From: the human T2T-CHM13v2.0 reference genome, Homo sapiens
DNA: 64,000 nt
Reading direction: 5' to 3' (one strand)
Assembly (NCBI RefSeq): GCF_009914755.1
Contig: NC_060925.1
Below the pieces are notes generated by a model that ran no database searches, had not been told where the DNA came from, and was given only the letters and a program-made list of their open reading frames with translations. Below are positions 60,907 through 64,000 of this stretch, in pieces. Made by a program: the position numbers and the translations under genes. Numbering within the stretch: the stretch's first letter is position 1; each line of letters starts with the position of its first letter.

Positions 60907-60968
60907 CTAAAAATGAAGCTGATCGTCAGGCAGAAAAACGAGAAATTAAACGTCGGCTCACTAGAAAG
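60907..60968 (+). CDS. PHACTR4: PHACTR4 coding exon ([21 protein letters not shown])
   Basis: TAG acceptor ending at 60906, donor AAG|GTACTA. 62 nt, phase 1-0. Confidence 0.95.
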
Positions 60969-61160
60969 GTACTACTGCCTGTGTGTTCAGTTAACTATAT
61001 GTGTTATATTTGGATGGCCTATTTGATTGGAAATGAATTCACAGCTGGGCACAGTGGCTTGCGCCTGTAATCCCAGCACTTTGGAAGGCCATGGCAGGAG
61101 GATTGCTTGAGCCCAGGAGTTCAAGACCAGCCTGGGGAAAACAGTGAAACCTTGTGTCTA

Positions 61161-61478
<318 letters not shown>

Positions 61479-61605
61479 TCAATAGTGTCTAAAGCTCCCC
61501 CAGGTGATTCCAATGAAGATTGAAGCACTGGGTTAGAGGCAATTTGAATGCATGATTGATGCCTAATTATTGGCTTGGTGAACTAAGAGGCTCCGTTTCC
61601 TTCAG

Positions 61606-61743
61606 CTCAGTCAAAGGCCAACTGTCGCTGAACTCCTTGCCAGGAAGATTCTGAGGTTTAATGAATATGTAGAGGTAACAGATGCTCAAGATTATGACCG
61701 GCGAGCCGACAAACCTTGGACCAAACTGACCCCTGCTGACAAG
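61606..61743 (+). CDS. PHACTR4: PHACTR4 coding exon, last RPEL and start of the PP1-binding domain ([46 protein letters not shown])
   Basis: CAG acceptor ending at 61605, donor AAG|GTACCT. 138 nt, phase 0-0. Confidence 0.96.
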
Positions 61744-62067
61744 GTACCTGGAAAGCACTCTCTTGCTTTTTTTCTCTTTCTCTTTTTCTCTTTATTTGGA
61801 GGATCCAAGATACTAACTAGAAGGGAGAACCATAAACAAAACTTCTAGTTTTAATATAATATTAAATTTCAAATCAAGATACAAAATGCCAAGTTGAACA
61901 AGTCAAAATGTTATACTAACTCAGTATGTTTTGGTAACTCCACCACCAATACTGAAAGAAAGAAAATCCCTGCTATCTCACAGAGTAAAAATACTGGAAG
62001 GAATAAATACATTTCAAACAGTGGTTGTTTGGTTAGAGGGAGTTTGGGCTATATATTTTAGTAATTA

Positions 62068-62741
<674 letters not shown>

Positions 62742-62970
62742 CTATAAAAGCTACAATATATCTTTCAAGATTTTCAAGTATTTTGATTAAACTAAAAATT
62801 TTAGGTTTATTATGAGACAGATGGGTATCATTGTGTTGACCTGGTGTCTGGGTTGCCTGTGAGGGGTTGCAGTGACTTACAAAGTTAAACACAGTACAGA
62901 AAAATGACAAGTTACACTGCTGTGCAAAGCAGCCAGAAGAAGCTGAAACATTTTTGTCTCTACTCCACAG

Positions 62971-63047
62971 GCTGCCATAAGAAAAGAATTAAATGAATTT
63001 AAAAGCTCCGAGATGGAGGTTCATGAAGAGAGCAAACATTTTACACG
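62971..63047 (+). CDS. PHACTR4: PHACTR4 penultimate coding exon ([26 protein letters not shown])
   Basis: CAG acceptor ending at 62970, donor CG|GTAAGA. 77 nt, phase 0-2. Phactr C-terminal signature. The final exon is outside the window. Confidence 0.96.
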
Positions 63048-63132
63048 GTAAGACCCAAAAGACCCAATCATATATGTGCTAGGTAGAGTTTTCCAAAAAA
63101 TTGTTCAGATATGAAGGGCTCTAATGACATCA

Positions 63133-63492
<360 letters not shown>

Positions 63493-63544
63493 TCAAAAAA
63501 AAAAAAAAAATAAGTAAATGTGTATTCTGATTATGGCATTTCAT

Positions 63545-63700
63545 GTATATTATTTAATCCTTGTAATAAACATGCAAGATGTGTTAACATCCCCATTTTA
63601 TCACTGAGGAAATGGAGGCTCACAATGGTTAAGTAACTTGGTTGACTTGCTAGTAAATTGCAGAACCAGGATTCGGAGAAAGAAATCAATGACTTCAAGG
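63545..63700 (-). mobile_element. MIR fragment
   Basis: CCCCATTTTATCACTGAGGAAATGGAGGCTCACAATGGTTAAGTAACTTG core. Confidence 0.65.
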
Positions 63701-64000
63701 ATGTGAGGTGCTCTCTTCCTTGTACCTTACTCTCTCAGGTTATAAATGAGGAGACTGTGCTAAGTTAGACAAGATCTTGCCCTCTCTGGTTCAGTTCTGT
63801 CTAGCACAGTTGATCTTACCAACTTAATGTATAAACAACATTTTAATTAGCTGTCTTCATGAAACAAGCCAAGAAATCCAACAAAGCCAACAAGCCAACA
63901 AATCAAGTGTTTTGATTTGGAATTACGGTTGTGATTAAGGACCCACCCATATCCAAAGAATCAGCTAGCCACAAATGGAATCAGTGAAAGTATCTTTACA

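Overview
Primate (very probably human) genomic DNA covering most of PHACTR4 (phosphatase and actin regulator 4) on the + strand. I traced an alternative first coding exon (MGQADVSRPVNPDAV, 8344-8389) and 11 downstream coding exons. All have GT-AG boundaries and consistent phases, and together they give 2123 coding nt (707 codons + 2 nt). The last coding exon and stop codon lie beyond the window end. The introns are very Alu-rich and also carry L1, MIR, L2, MaLR LTR (MLT1A, MST), Tigger2 and MER5/MER58 relics, a 3'-truncated DNAJC8 processed pseudogene and a U6atac snRNA retrocopy. Most ORFs in the supplied track are Alu artefacts. No new multi-gene system is evident. The best leads are: (1) a candidate in-frame 24-nt (or 18-nt) microexon at ~27.8 kb followed by clustered QKI/RBFOX/MBNL motifs; (2) a two-exon 783-nt circle flanked by inverted Alus that would be a stop-free rolling-circle ORF; (3) a uORF-dense, non-CpG alternative promoter; (4) a nested, 3'-truncated DNAJC8 retrocopy; and (5) several unusual retrotransposition and template-switch scars. 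Gene and repeat names come from recalled sequences, not database searches.
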